DNA of 64,000 nt from Antedon mediterranea (Eukaryota; Animalia; Echinodermata), in the NCBI RefSeq assembly GCF_964355755.1, contig NC_092676.1:16944871-17008870 (forward strand). Direction: 5' to 3'. Below are positions 48,829 through 60,795 of the stretch, one piece after another. Below the pieces are notes generated by a model. The model worked only from the letters and a program-made list of their open reading frames with translations, was not told where the DNA came from and did no database searches. The translations under genes were made by a program, and so were the position numbers. Positions within the stretch are counted from its first letter, which is position 1; the number at the start of each line of letters is the position of its first letter.

Positions 48829-50379
48829 AGAACAAAGATTCAAGGAGTTGTGAAAACCGGCTTCTTTTGCACCCCCACAAATTTCCTTTTTTAAACCGAT
48901 TTTAAAGCATTACGCATATTATATGATTTACATAAGTTTCCGTCAAAAAATTATTGATCATCCATTAACATGATCTTTGAATAATTCGCATTTTATTACA
49001 AAATTTTATTTTTTTTTATACCGAACATATAGGCTACCTAGCTATGTAACTAATATTTAGTTAGAAATAAGTTTCATACTGGTATTGTTAGGCTTACAAC
49101 TAAGTTAAAACAAATTTAAACAATGATTTATGATGCGTAGGCCTATGTGACATCACTAGAACAAATCAACAATTATATTCCATAATATCCATTGATTTTG
49201 TGGTCATGTTTTAAACAAGTCCAAGGTAATTCGAAATAATACTCAACTGTGATGATCCAATCTTTCTTTGTTCAGCACTCAGGAAGATTACTGTATTATA
49301 TAATGTAATCAACTCCTAGGGTATACTAGCCTATTATTAACATTATTTGTGTTTAAAAAACAACTTACCCTGCTGTAATAGTATATTGAAAACAACCCCA
49401 GGTACATCACACCATAAATCGGATGATGGAAAAAACGCAAAATCAGTTTTGATTAAAAGACTGTAATTCCATGTGTGAACACTTTGGTAGCCGCCGTATG
49501 AATAAGAATATTGCAATTAGACTTGACCGTCTATCTGCACAGACAATCTTTATGGCGATCCTTCTGTCATTGTCGGGACCAACGGATGACGATATAATGG
49601 TTTACTACTTATATTCTTTTTGTTTATGATTTAGGTCAACCGCATGGCTAAACAGGGTCAGTGCGAATACAGAGTTACTATTCAAAATGACGCGATGTGA
49701 CTTATCTTGAACATTTAACAAGAATGTGGTTTAACATAAATTACTAGTTTCTATTTGACATTCATTCCACGCCAGCCAGAAATACTTAAGTCTGCTTAAA
49801 GTATTTTGAATGTAAAATAAACAATGTGTTCGAAATAAAGTGCATTTTTTATTACAGATAAATTCGAGGAGCATTATGTGTAGTCACGACATTCTGTACA
49901 AAGGTATAATACATTATTTTTTTTTTCTTGAAAAATGCCATACAATCGCGTGGGGAAATAAACCAAAAGTATTACATGTATTTTATATGAATGCTAATTC
50001 ACAGACAAAGCCAATCCATCATTTATGTAGGACCTTATATTTTATTTATTTTATTTTATTCGTTCGTCTTTCCTTGATCTTTATATTAATTAAGAGTATT
50101 TCCTAACAAATTAAATGAACAGCAATAAAATCTAATGGCAGGTAATAATGTTATAAAACATTAAACAGTCGATGCCGCTTGATAAACTATATACTCCTCC
50201 TTACCGGTTCAAAGTAAGTAGGTCTAGTTGAGAGACCAACATAAGTGCGGTTAAGACTTATTTTGTTCACGTGGAAAAAACGTATGTCGAGTGCCGAAGT
50301 GTATCAAAATACGCTGGTGTATCGAATAAGTTACGGGTAAGTTTTGTATAAGAATAAGTATAAGTATAAGAAAAAACAA

Positions 50380-51010
50380 AAAATATGCACAACTAAATTA
50401 CAAGCTGTTGAACAAAATTGTTCCGACTAATTAAAGGCTTCATAAGTGGAATGTGAAAATGAATAATGTATGTGACTTATGTGGGGTAATTGAAGACGAA
50501 AAACACATGTTTTTTTAATGCATACGAAATAAAACTTTATGGAAAAATATAGATAACATTTTTGAAAATATTGAAAATGGCAGAAGCTCTTTTAGAGAGC
50601 TTCTTTTAGGGTCTGATTGTGAATAAAAAAATGACTTATATTCAATTGCTGTCTTCTCAATATATAACATTAAGATTTTAACTGAATTAAACAAACTAGT
50701 GTGTAAAAACTCTTGGATTGTATTTAAGTCTATTGTTAAGGATCTGAACAAACTAACGCTCATATAATGTTAAAAGAGTTACCGGTACCTAATAATTTTT
50801 TTATGAAAATTATATATATCTTGATTGATGTATTTTTTTTTTTATTTTTTTTTTAAACGTTGTTTTATGTCTTTGTATATAGGCCTAATGTCTATAAGAT
50901 GCATATAAATGGTATGAATTAACAGGGTATGAAACAATACGGTATGTGTATGTATATATTTAATGTATTTGTGGGTGTCTCTGTGTACAATGTGAATAAA
51001 TATAAAAAAA
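50380..51010 (+). mobile_element. Degraded L1/Tx1 ORF2 3' remnant
   Basis: zf-RVT-like CDLCGVIEDEKHMFF*C at ~50470-50522, then an AT-rich 3' UTR with AATAAA near 50995; boundaries approximate. Confidence 0.55.
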
Positions 51011-52969
51011 TATGAAAACAGGAGGATAATATTGGAAAAAATATGTGAAAAACTAAAATTTACAAAAATTACTGATATTTTTTTTTGAGCAGAAAAATAT
51101 AAAGAAAAATGTAGAATATTAACGGAAAACAATATAATTAAAGAAAGAACATATGAAGACAGATATTACTGATTTATTTGTAATGTATTTAATTATGATA
51201 TGAAAGAATAAAGGTGGTGGTTCACGCCACAAAAGACAACAAAAAGTTTTGTATAAGTTCAGCGCATGCTGAAACAAGCTGGTAGGCTATACCGTCAAGT
51301 CGGGCAGCAACTGCGCATATTACGTTTAAAGGACGTTGTTTGGGTACGATAGACAATATCTTGAATTCATACAAGAACAATCATTACGAGTCAAATATCG
51401 ACGTATACCAGCGTATGATATGAACTTATACAAGGCTATATTATGTACGTATGCCTACCAACGCAAGCGCATTTCAATACGTCAGCATCAGTTGGCTTAA
51501 ATAAATCGTTAAATCGTAGGCCCTATAGCAGCAACTTTAGGGGTAAACTGTGTGGTGAGACTACGGCGAACCATTTTAAATCATATTAGGCCTAATTAGC
51601 AATCATAATCTTTATCCCTTTACAAAAAAAACAACAAAAAACAAACTTATTCTATGCTAAACAAGGAAAACAGATGTTGAAAATTGACTGAATTATAAAT
51701 GGTTGCGGATGACTCGCCTGTCAAATGTATGACCCCTAGGGCATTCACCTGCTAATTACCCATCCTGTCCTTGGCCTTAGATTCTGGTATTAGTTGTTTA
51801 TAAAAAAAAAAGAAGTAATGTGTCTGTTGTGGTATAATAACACGTTCAACACCCACTTCAACACACATACCCATTATGGTCGCAATTAAAGTTCACAAAC
51901 CATTCTTTAATCGGTTCCTGAAGGTTTATATTTAACACACGTTGATTGATGATCAATAATAGCACAAGCTGTACACGTCCTCTCTGTAAAGAAAAACAGA
52001 ACACCTCTATTCTTGTGGTAGTACAAATTCGAGTCCGGTTTACGAATACCGATCCAAATTTAGCCCAGGAAGACCCATTAATTGAAGTGTAAAAACAATG
52101 TCTAAATACAACTCTTCCCTGATCTGCTATAAGCGGCGTCAATAGGGTTTGAGATGATACGTTCATTTTGATACCGTTTTAAATTTTAACATTACAGTAG
52201 CTACCTAATTTATATAATTATTGTGCTATACCTTGTTTTTAATATCATACATTTTTATTATATTAATCTCAGTTTTTAGCGTTTTTAGCAGTTGATTTTT
52301 TTAATAAATGAGATGAATAGTAATTTTAAATTATATTGATACCGAGTTTTAGTTTAATGTAATTTTTAACGCAAGACTATGGCAAGTGCTACATAATTAG
52401 TATTAATTAGTCCTAATAAAAGTTAATTATAAGAGTAGTTTGTAACCTTAATTATGAATTCATCTCTAAGAAATTATCCAATTAAATGTAATATTCGCTA
52501 TAGTCAGGTATTATCAATATTTACTATTGTGCTCGGGGGAAAAATAATGCATTTTTTGTTATTAAAATCAAGTTAAGGAAACAAAATAATCATATCTTTT
52601 ATATTTAAAAGAACAATTCTTTCTCTTCTCGTTATTTATTCTTAAGAATGTAGAGAGGGCGCACCCGTGTATGTAAATATGTAAGATTAACATGATGATG
52701 AAAATATTCACCATAGTTTTTTTTTTGTTTTTTTTTATATAATGATAGCAATATGTATCTCTTACCACTGGCAATATCTATTACTCGGCGTATTTCTAAT
52801 ATCCTAGGATAGGTTAGGAATAGAAATGGAAATTTATAGGCCTACTTATCTATTATCGGTACATTTACTTTGTTTTGGTTACTTTAAATCATTCCGGGCT
52901 GTATCATTTTTAGTCAATGAGACTAAGGGAGAAATCATGAATAATTCATTAGAATTATGACGTAATATG

Positions 52970-54430
52970 ATAGATAGATAGATAGATAGAACTTTATTCA
53001 CATCATCATACATCAATAGTACAATACAATAAAATATGTATGTGTGTGTGAAAAGGAGTCAAAAAATAGCTTTCGCTAATCAAGGTTTGACTCCTGTCAC
53101 AAAAAAATAAATTAGTCATAATGCATACATTTTCATCTATCAACAATAATTCAATAAGAAAGAAACAGCAACTATATGAAAGAAATAACGTAAACAAGGG
53201 CTAACATTAATATTTTTGTAAAACTAAACATTTAACTTCATTTATGAATTTAAATCTAGAAGAGGTACATTTTATAACTAAGGGTAAGTTATTCCAAAGT
53301 TGAGCTCTATTAAAAGAAATTCTAAATTTACCAGCATCTGTGCGAGCTTTCGGAATTGCAAAATTATATCTTTTACTAAATCTGGTACTAGCATTATGTG
53401 TAATTAAATAAAAGTATTCCATTGTTTGATATGGTGTTTTGCCGTTAATTTGGTCATGAACAAACTTAACTATACTTAACTTATACTCGAACAACTTAAA
53501 AACGTCTAAAATACCCAGATCTTTAAATAATGGAGAAGATGGAGCCATAAAATCAGAGAAAGTTATACATCTAAGACACATTTTTTGGACAAGTAAAATA
53601 GAATAAAGATGCAACTTATACGTGCTACCCTAGACTTCTAAACCATAAGTAATATTTGATTGAATAAATGATTTATAAAGCATAAGTAAAATATTACGGG
53701 GTACAATATGGCGTAAACTAAACAGAATTTCAGATTTCTTTTTTATCCTATTTTTAATAAAGTTTATATGGCTCTTCCATGTGATGTGTTTATCTAATTT
53801 AACACCTAAAAACTGAATTTCATTGACTTCTTTAATCATAACATGTTTGTAATAAGTATTGTTTGATTTATTAATAGTTTTATATCGGTTACAAAAAATA
53901 ATATAATTAGTTTTAACTAAATTAACAGTTAATTTATTAGCGTCACACCAGTTTGATATTTTTTTTAAATGATGATTTACCATAGACAAATCAATATTAC
54001 TGCCTGCAAAATTGTGATATAAGGAAGTGTCGTCAGCAAATAAACGATATTCAAAAAAACTGGAAGAATTTGGTAAATCATTAATATAGATTAGAAAAGA
54101 GTGGGTCCAAGAACCGAGCCTTGTGGAACACCGCATTGAATTGATAACTGATCGGAGCTTTGACCGTTCGAAAAAACAAATTGGGTTCTATTTTTTAAAT
54201 AATCAGTAAACAAAAGTAACGGTTGCCCTCTAATACCATAATAATATAATTTGGATAACAAAATTTGGTGATTAATTATATCGAAGGCTTTAGAAAAATC
54301 AATAAATATACCTAGTGAAGACTTATTATTATCAACTTGATAAAGAAAATTATTAATAAGATTAAGATTATTAGTTATCTGTATTACCTTTCTTAAATAG
54401 AGGTATTACTTTTGCTACTTTCAAAGCAGT
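52970..54430 (-). mobile_element. Degraded CR1-group (L2/Crack-like) LINE 3' part
   Basis: Frameshifted RT fragments: LKVAKVIPLFKKG, DFSKAFDIINHQILLSKL, YINDL, LFADD, FLGV, C-terminal GAQLWN-like motif (RAQLWNNL). 3' stem-loop GGAGTCAAA...TTTGACTCC, AATAAA and (TCTA)n tail at ~52970-53000. Confidence 0.87.
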
Positions 54431-54479
54431 GGACACTATAGAGGGCACTATAGGTCTATAGGCATGCTGTTACAAACTA

Positions 54480-55005
54480 TTTAAAAATAGCCCACCTCTC
54501 TTATCGACCACACTTTTTTTATAGGACCACCACCTCTCGTAAGGGACCGCTTTCATATTATCCACCTCTCGTAAGTGATCACCTCTCATAACGACCATAT
54601 CGTAAGTGACGACCTCTTTAAGGACCATCCACTGCCTGTCTTAAGGGACAGCCTTTCATAACCAAATAACTCCCTTAGCAAACCTCCTCCCGTAAGTGAC
54701 TATTAAACGACCATCGTCTCTCACAAGGGAACGCTTCTCATAGTTAAATACCTCTCGAAAGTGAGTACCTCCTCTCATAAGGGACCAATTCTCATTACCG
54801 ACCACCTTTCTAGGGGCGTGGTCTTAGGAGAGGAGATGATCCCTTACGATAGGTGGTATAGATTATAAAAAGCGGTCCCTTAATATATAACAGAGACGTG
54901 GTCGTTCAATAGAGGGTTCCTTTAAAATGGATGGTCGCTAACGAGGGTGGTTGCTTATGATGTATGGTCGTTTTTAGGGAGGTGGTCGTTTTAGGGAGGT
55001 GATCG
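54480..55005. mobile_element. Degenerate MITE with GACCACCTCTC-type subterminal repeats in inverted orientation
   Basis: Multiple CCACCTCTC/GGGACC units on the left and GAGGTGGTCG units on the right; exact termini not resolved. Confidence 0.55.
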
Positions 55006-55064
55006 TTTTGAAAGTAGAGATTCATTTGCACATTTAAACAGGTTTGTAAAATATATAATATTTT

Positions 55065-55274
55065 CTACATTAGCTGGCGATAGTAACTACTTTAGCTGTG
55101 AGGCAATTTATGTTACCACATTAGCTGTTGACCGTTCTACATCAGCTGGTGTTGATTTTTATTTACTAGAGAAGCTACATTAGCTGGAGGTTTTACTACA
55201 TTAGAGGTGGATTGTTCTACATTACCGTCTTGTTTCGACATTAGCTGGCGTTTTTTACATTAGCGGTTGTAACA
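55065..55274. repeat. CTACATTAGCTGG repeats ending in TGTAACA (possible Ginger-like DNA transposon end)
   Basis: About 7 spaced copies of ACATTAGCTG-like motif terminating ...GGTTGTAACA. Confidence 0.5.
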
Positions 55275-55304
55275 GGCCTGATTATTTTCCTTTTTTTGTG
55301 ATCC

Positions 55305-55597
55305 TTAAATATGTATTGTCTCCCTAAAACATGAAAAAATGAAGAATTGGCTTCGCAGTTTTAATCAAGTTATTCACTTCTGTAGAAAATATAAATAAAA
55401 TAAATACCGTTTTCATTTAAACAAAATAAATGGTTAAATTGAACCAAAAACCCATTCGGTTATTTTTTGCTTTAAATTACAGATTGTTCAGGTAAATAAT
55501 ATTCTGATAAGTGAATAACTATTGTGACATTAAAATTGCATATTCAACAAAAACATAAAAAAAAAAATTATTTTTTGCAGGAAGACAATATCTTTAA
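55305..55597. mobile_element. Kolobok-like MITE copy
   Basis: TTAA ATATGTATTGTCTCCC...GGAAGACAATATCT TTAA, homologous to 31534-31852. Confidence 0.72.
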
Positions 55598-56578
55598 CGT
55601 TTTGATCTTATTTAGGAAACAGATTCCTTTCAACAACATGTCAAATGATGTGTATATTGGTATTGATCATAATATTAGAGTATTATTGACAAAAGAAACA
55701 CGTGTTTTGTTGTAGTTTTTGAATCCATCACACACTTCACATAGCTACATATTCTGTTGTTTGAAGTGCACGAATCCACGCGTCTATCGATACGTACTAA
55801 CAATGGTAATCGAATCGGTTTTCATCATAATTAATTTTTTGTATATGTTACCGTGGTGATCCGTAGACTAGGAAACCATACAACTACAGTACAATACATT
55901 CACATAGTATTTTTGAGTACGGTTCGTATACTACGTTGGATTTGTAGCAGTATTTAATGGTAAACATAAATTGTATTATTTTCATAGTTGTTGTGTACTA
56001 ATTTCATTGTTTTGTCATATAGAGTAAGTAGGCCTATGTAATGCCATGAGATTTTATGATAGAGGAAATTTCATTCAAAATAGGTGTGCCATGTCTTCAT
56101 ACAGTATCAACATTGACTATAAGATGCTAATTACATGTTAATTTTATACGCTGATTATGTAATAGAAATTGCTTAACTAAGAGCAAAATAGGAAAACGTA
56201 TACTGTAATTTGGATTGGATTTACTGGAATAGGCCTGAGATTCATTAGATATTTCGTTTTATATTGTCAGACTACGTTATTTAATGTGTAATACTATAAC
56301 ATTTAGCAGTATAATAACAACTAATATAAATGTATTTACATCAAAGATATGACTTACCTTACTCTTTAAAATATGATGATATATAATGAGGCCAACATTT
56401 AGTCTAAAACATTCCTATCATTATTTCATAAATCTATACAGTATATAACTAATAGATGTCCTTGATTATGTTTAAATAACATACAGTATCATTCATTTAG
56501 AATTTTATTATGCTTTCCTATTAAATTAATTAATTATTAAATCTTATTAAGTTCCATGATATTCTTGCTTAACAGAAA

Positions 56579-58201
56579 ATGGCAGATGAAAAAGAGACAA
56601 CAAATGAAATGGATCAAGAGCAGTCCAAAGAGAAAGAGGCAGAAGAACCATCTAAGAAAATAACCAATGAAGACGCCAATGGAGAAGTTGAAACACAAGA
56701 AGACACCGAAGACAGAGTTAAAGAACATTCCGATGACAGAACAGATTCAGAAAGCAATCAACAGAAAGACACTAGCAATACGGGCAGCAGTGATGTAAAT
56801 GACATCCAAGATTGTTTCGTTTGCAAGAAACAGTTAAATGATCCCAAAACGCTACCATGCGTTCACTCATTCTGTATAGCATGTCTGAAAGATCACATGG
56901 AAGCAAAGGAAGAAGAAGAAAGTCCTGTCTGCCCTGTTTGCTCGTCGAGTATACCCGACGGCAACGTGGAAGATCTTCCATTGGACCCGCTTATTGAAAT
57001 AGTTCTCAAGTGTCAATTGAACGATGGTGAAGAAAAATGCAATTTGTGCTCTTCTGATGCCACACAAAGATGTACCATTTGTGAGCATTTCCTCTGCACA
57101 AGAGACGCCGAACAACACAAAGTCATTCCTGCCACAAAAGACCACGAATGTATCGAGATCAGTGAGTATAAAAATCTCAGCATTAACGACCGAATGGCGT
57201 TACAAAGAGTTAATTGTTCTGAACACGCAGATAGGGCAGCTGAAGTATACTGCAAATCCTGCGATGTATTTATGTGTATGGCATGCAGTGTGGTAGACCA
57301 GCAAAGGACAAAGCATTATATGGAAGCGGTTGATGGTTACATAGACCGTCTGACACCTAAGTTGAAGAAAATTTCTGATGATTTGCTGAAACAAAATGAG
57401 GCCAGTGACGAAGCAGTCAGTAAAATTAAGAATGCGATGGAAAGTTTGCAGCCTAAAAAAGAACAAGCTTCGGATGATATCAGCAAACTGTGTTCTGATT
57501 TAAGAGAAATAATTGATAAATGCGAGCAAGAATTAACCGAAGAATTGAACGAAAGGTTCAAGCAAAAATCGGAAAGTATGGAAGCTGTTCTTAAGCAAAC
57601 GAATGGCAATTCACTTCAGGCAAAATCAATAATTGGATACATAGACTGTCTGCTAGGGAGTCGTAACTGTGAACTTTTTCGACACGTTAACTCTAGTCAC
57701 ACAAACTCGTTTGAAAAAACTTTAAAGCAAACTCGACAAGCAAGTAAAGTTATAAACGTCACAGATGTATTGGCTGTCGTTGTCGATCAAAAGAAAGTTG
57801 ATGGCATCGTGTCTAATAACCTGTGTTCCTTCAAACTCAGTGATGTTTCTGTAGAGAACTCATCATTCAGTCGAATAACTGACGCCAAAACGGGTGAGAT
57901 AAAGACATTTACAGTGACCACAAGGAACGAAGATGATGAGCCTACTGTCGCGGACCCAGTACCTACTGTTGAGATCATTAGCAGTGAAAAGAAAACCGTT
58001 GCAACACCAACGCTAGAATCTCACAAGAATGGAACGTATCAATATTCGTGGATACCAAAAGTTACCGGAACGTTCGGTGTGAAAGTTTGTTTCGGTAAAA
58101 AGCAATTAAAGGGGTCTCCTTTTAAAATTAATGTTCAGAAAGGCCAACCCAAGAGTAGCAAAAGTGCCACAAAAAAACTACCAAATAAGAAAGGAAGGTA
58201 A
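56579..58201 (+). CDS. TRIM E3 ubiquitin ligase (RING, B-box1, B-box2, coiled coil, filamin/Ig repeat), TRIM45/TRIM56-like, single coding exon
   Basis: 540-aa ORF. RING CFVC...LPCVHSFCIAC...CPVC; B-box1 CNLC...CTICEHFLC...H...H; B-box2 CSEH...YCKSCDVFMCMAC...H; coiled coil; filamin motif NGTYQYSWIP...G...V...G...KGSPFKINV. AACAG acceptor 3 nt before the ATG. Confidence 0.93.
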   Translation: MADEKETTNEMDQEQSKEKEAEEPSKKITNEDANGEVETQEDTEDRVKEHSDDRTDSESNQQKDTSNTGSSDVNDIQDCFVCKKQLNDPKTLPCVHSFCIACLKDHMEAKEEEESPVCPVCSSSIPDGNVEDLPLDPLIEIVLKCQLNDGEEKCNLCSSDATQRCTICEHFLCTRDAEQHKVIPATKDHECIEISEYKNLSINDRMALQRVNCSEHADRAAEVYCKSCDVFMCMACSVVDQQRTKHYMEAVDGYIDRLTPKLKKISDDLLKQNEASDEAVSKIKNAMESLQPKKEQASDDISKLCSDLREIIDKCEQELTEELNERFKQKSESMEAVLKQTNGNSLQAKSIIGYIDCLLGSRNCELFRHVNSSHTNSFEKTLKQTRQASKVINVTDVLAVVVDQKKVDGIVSNNLCSFKLSDVSVENSSFSRITDAKTGEIKTFTVTTRNEDDEPTVADPVPTVEIISSEKKTVATPTLESHKNGTYQYSWIPKVTGTFGVKVCFGKKQLKGSPFKINVQKGQPKSSKSATKKLPNKKGR

Positions 58202-59313
58202 AAGCTATTACATTGATTGTAATCTATATAAATAACTGCTTAGTACTTTGACATAGTGTAACTAACGGCCAAGGCATTACTAAAGTTTTGACAACCATGC
58301 GTATAAGTATATTATGTAAGCGAGTGAATCAAGTGAACTCACTCGAGATTATTGTATCTTTCAACGAGCAAAAACAAAAGCGTCCAAAAATAAAATAAAT
58401 TAGCTGTAGTAATATCAATATGAATTGTTCCGATTTATATTAAATATTTAATCCGTAGTATGATATGTCGTAATTAACCAAAGTTTTTGTTTGTGATTGT
58501 CGAAAGATTGAAAATAATTAAATAATAAATAAATAACTGACTAAATCTCTGTCTAAAAATAGCAAAAACATGTTATGTGTCAAATCATGTGATGTCTATG
58601 GACATGATGATGTTTACTACCATATTTGGGCACATCAAACTTTGTTTTATCAAGCTAGCTTAAGTAATATTTATACCCATATTTTGATATAGCTTTGTAC
58701 AGGTACTATACTAAGCGGCTGTACTTTAAAAAGGCCAATAAGTATTTCTATGTTACCGCATAATACCGACTGTGGCAGATATAAGTAGCTGAGAGTGGGA
58801 TCAGTTGCTGCTTGTATGTGTTTTTGTAGGTTTGCATTGTTTAAATATATTAAACTGTTGTTATTGTTAAAATATGAGAACAAATTGTAAAAGACCTTTT
58901 CTAAATGTTAAATATAGTATAGCCATGTAAATAGGTATATAAACAATGCATGTTTGTATTGTGAACAACAGTAGGCCTACGGTAGTAAAGAAATGTTGTA
59001 GTGGATGTTTAATTTCATTATCATAATAATAAATAACTTGTATGATTTTGTAATATTATTTTCAAGTGTTAGACTTCATCAACAATGTTCTCAGAAAATG
59101 CTTCACAGTGTTTGCTGACTTACAGAAGCCTATTTAGAATGTATTCTATGTTTGAGGGCGCATCATGAGTTAGCAACCGTATAAACAGTGCTCCGTCTTC
59201 ATTAAAAATAAAGTAAGGTTTTGACAAAAATAGCCATAAGACAACTGTGCTAAATAAGTGAGTATTACAATTTGGTTAATGCTGTCATCGTCTTTTGATC
59301 TAAAACTAAGAAA

Positions 59314-60072
59314 ATGGTCAGAAAAAAGGACCAAACTGAACGTACCCCTCCGGACACCTCAACGACCCAGGCGACACCCACCGAAGAAACCAGCGAAATC
59401 CAGTTATTAAGGCGGGAGATTAAAACGCTAACAACTGAAATGCAAACAAAACTAGACTCCGTACTTAAAAATCAAACCTCAATTATGAATAGAATTGACT
59501 CAATGGAGGCAAAACAATTAGATATGGAGAAATCCATTACTTTTACCTCCGATTCAATCAACGATCTTGAAAAGAAAGTAACAACGTATGATAGCGAAAT
59601 GAAAGATATTTCAACAACACTTGAAACAGAAAAGAAAAAAATTACCAGTATACAAAATGATATTCTGAATCTTGAACGGTATTCAAGGAGTTTTAACCTG
59701 AGATTTGGTGGGATAACTGAGGAACCAAACGAAGATGCAACAAAAAAGATTAAGGAATTACTAAATAAAACACTCAACCTAAACGACATCGTCATTGAAA
59801 CGGCTCATCGCACAGGAAAACCATCAACAATAAGTGGTAAGCCAAGACATATCATTGTTAAATTTATATATCAACCACAGAGATTTGAAGTACTCAGAAG
59901 AGCTAAGTCGATAATGAAAAATTCCGAGATGTTTGTACTAGAAGATATGCCAGTAGCAGATATTATCAAAAAGCGAGGCCTGCGAGAAGTTATGAAGAAA
60001 GCGTATGAAGAAGGTAAAATGACTGTCTTCAGAAATGGCAACCTTTACATTAACGGTAAAATGTATACATAA
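59314..60072 (+). CDS. LINE ORF1p (coiled coil + L1-ORF1-type RRM/CTD)
   Basis: 252 aa; heptad-rich N-half, LERYSRSFNLRFGGI, IETAHRTG, PRHIIVKF, FVLED, LYING. Confidence 0.88.
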   Translation: MVRKKDQTERTPPDTSTTQATPTEETSEIQLLRREIKTLTTEMQTKLDSVLKNQTSIMNRIDSMEAKQLDMEKSITFTSDSINDLEKKVTTYDSEMKDISTTLETEKKKITSIQNDILNLERYSRSFNLRFGGITEEPNEDATKKIKELLNKTLNLNDIVIETAHRTGKPSTISGKPRHIIVKFIYQPQRFEVLRRAKSIMKNSEMFVLEDMPVADIIKKRGLREVMKKAYEEGKMTVFRNGNLYINGKMYT

Positions 60073-60456
60073 CTTCTTTATTTTCGTTCGTTTGTTTTTA
60101 ATTGAATTCAATTTGTGACTATATCCTGCCTGCATTAAACCATATGCAGAAAATGGGTACCACTTATTGTATCCACTAGGAGAATTCAAACTGTACGGAA
60201 TTGAAACATCAACACGATCGCGATTATGTGTTTACATAACCTAAACATTAACAGGTGAAAGAATTGGCACACTGACTTAAATACCATGTTACGTAATCTG
60301 TTGCTGTGTTGCGTGTCACATACTTTGCCTATTGTTTTTGAATCAAGTAGTGAAAAACTCAATTGCTTAACACAACACACGACTCCCTATTGCTTTCATT
60401 CACACACTATTAAGTATTATGATTTGGATTAAGAATGGGATAAAATTGGAACGATG

Positions 60457-60552
60457 TGGGTGGGTGGGGAGGGGTTGGGGGATGGAGGGGTTGGGGATGG
60501 AGGGGTTGGGGGATGGAGGGGTTGGGGGATGGTGGGTCTTTGGGGGATGGTG
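60457..60552 (+). repeat. G-rich tandem repeat (GGGGTTGGGGATGGA-like), predicted G-quadruplex
   Basis: More than ten runs of 3-5 G separated by short loops in the LINE inter-ORF spacer. Confidence 0.8.
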
Positions 60553-60795
60553 GAGTTGAAGGTGGGTGAAAATAGGATTAGTGCTGTAATTAAGATTTAT
60601 CACTGTGTTTACACATTTCGCACTCAATTGTTTTACTTAGCGAAATATATGTATACTAATAATATGACGGAGCAACCACATTGTTCGGTTGACCTGATTA
60701 TAGATAAATTATTTATCTTAATTATACTGTTTTTTGTTGTTGTTTTTTTTAAATCTTTTCTCTGACCATTCTTTTTTAAACTTAAAAATTGCATT

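Noticed and set aside
40830-52960. Many 60-116-aa ORFs in the intergenic region
   Set aside because: Low-complexity F/I/L/K-rich translations of AT-rich DNA or MITEs, with no domains or consistent splice structure
56537-57978. Overlapping antisense and alternative-frame ORFs in the TRIM gene (likewise inside the LINE ORFs)
   Set aside because: Shadow ORFs of genuine coding sequence
60441-60455. TAAAATTGGAACGAT matches part of U6 snRNA as I recall it
   Set aside because: Only 15 AT-rich bases; flanks do not continue (no ACAGAGA box), so likely chance rather than a U6-LINE chimera
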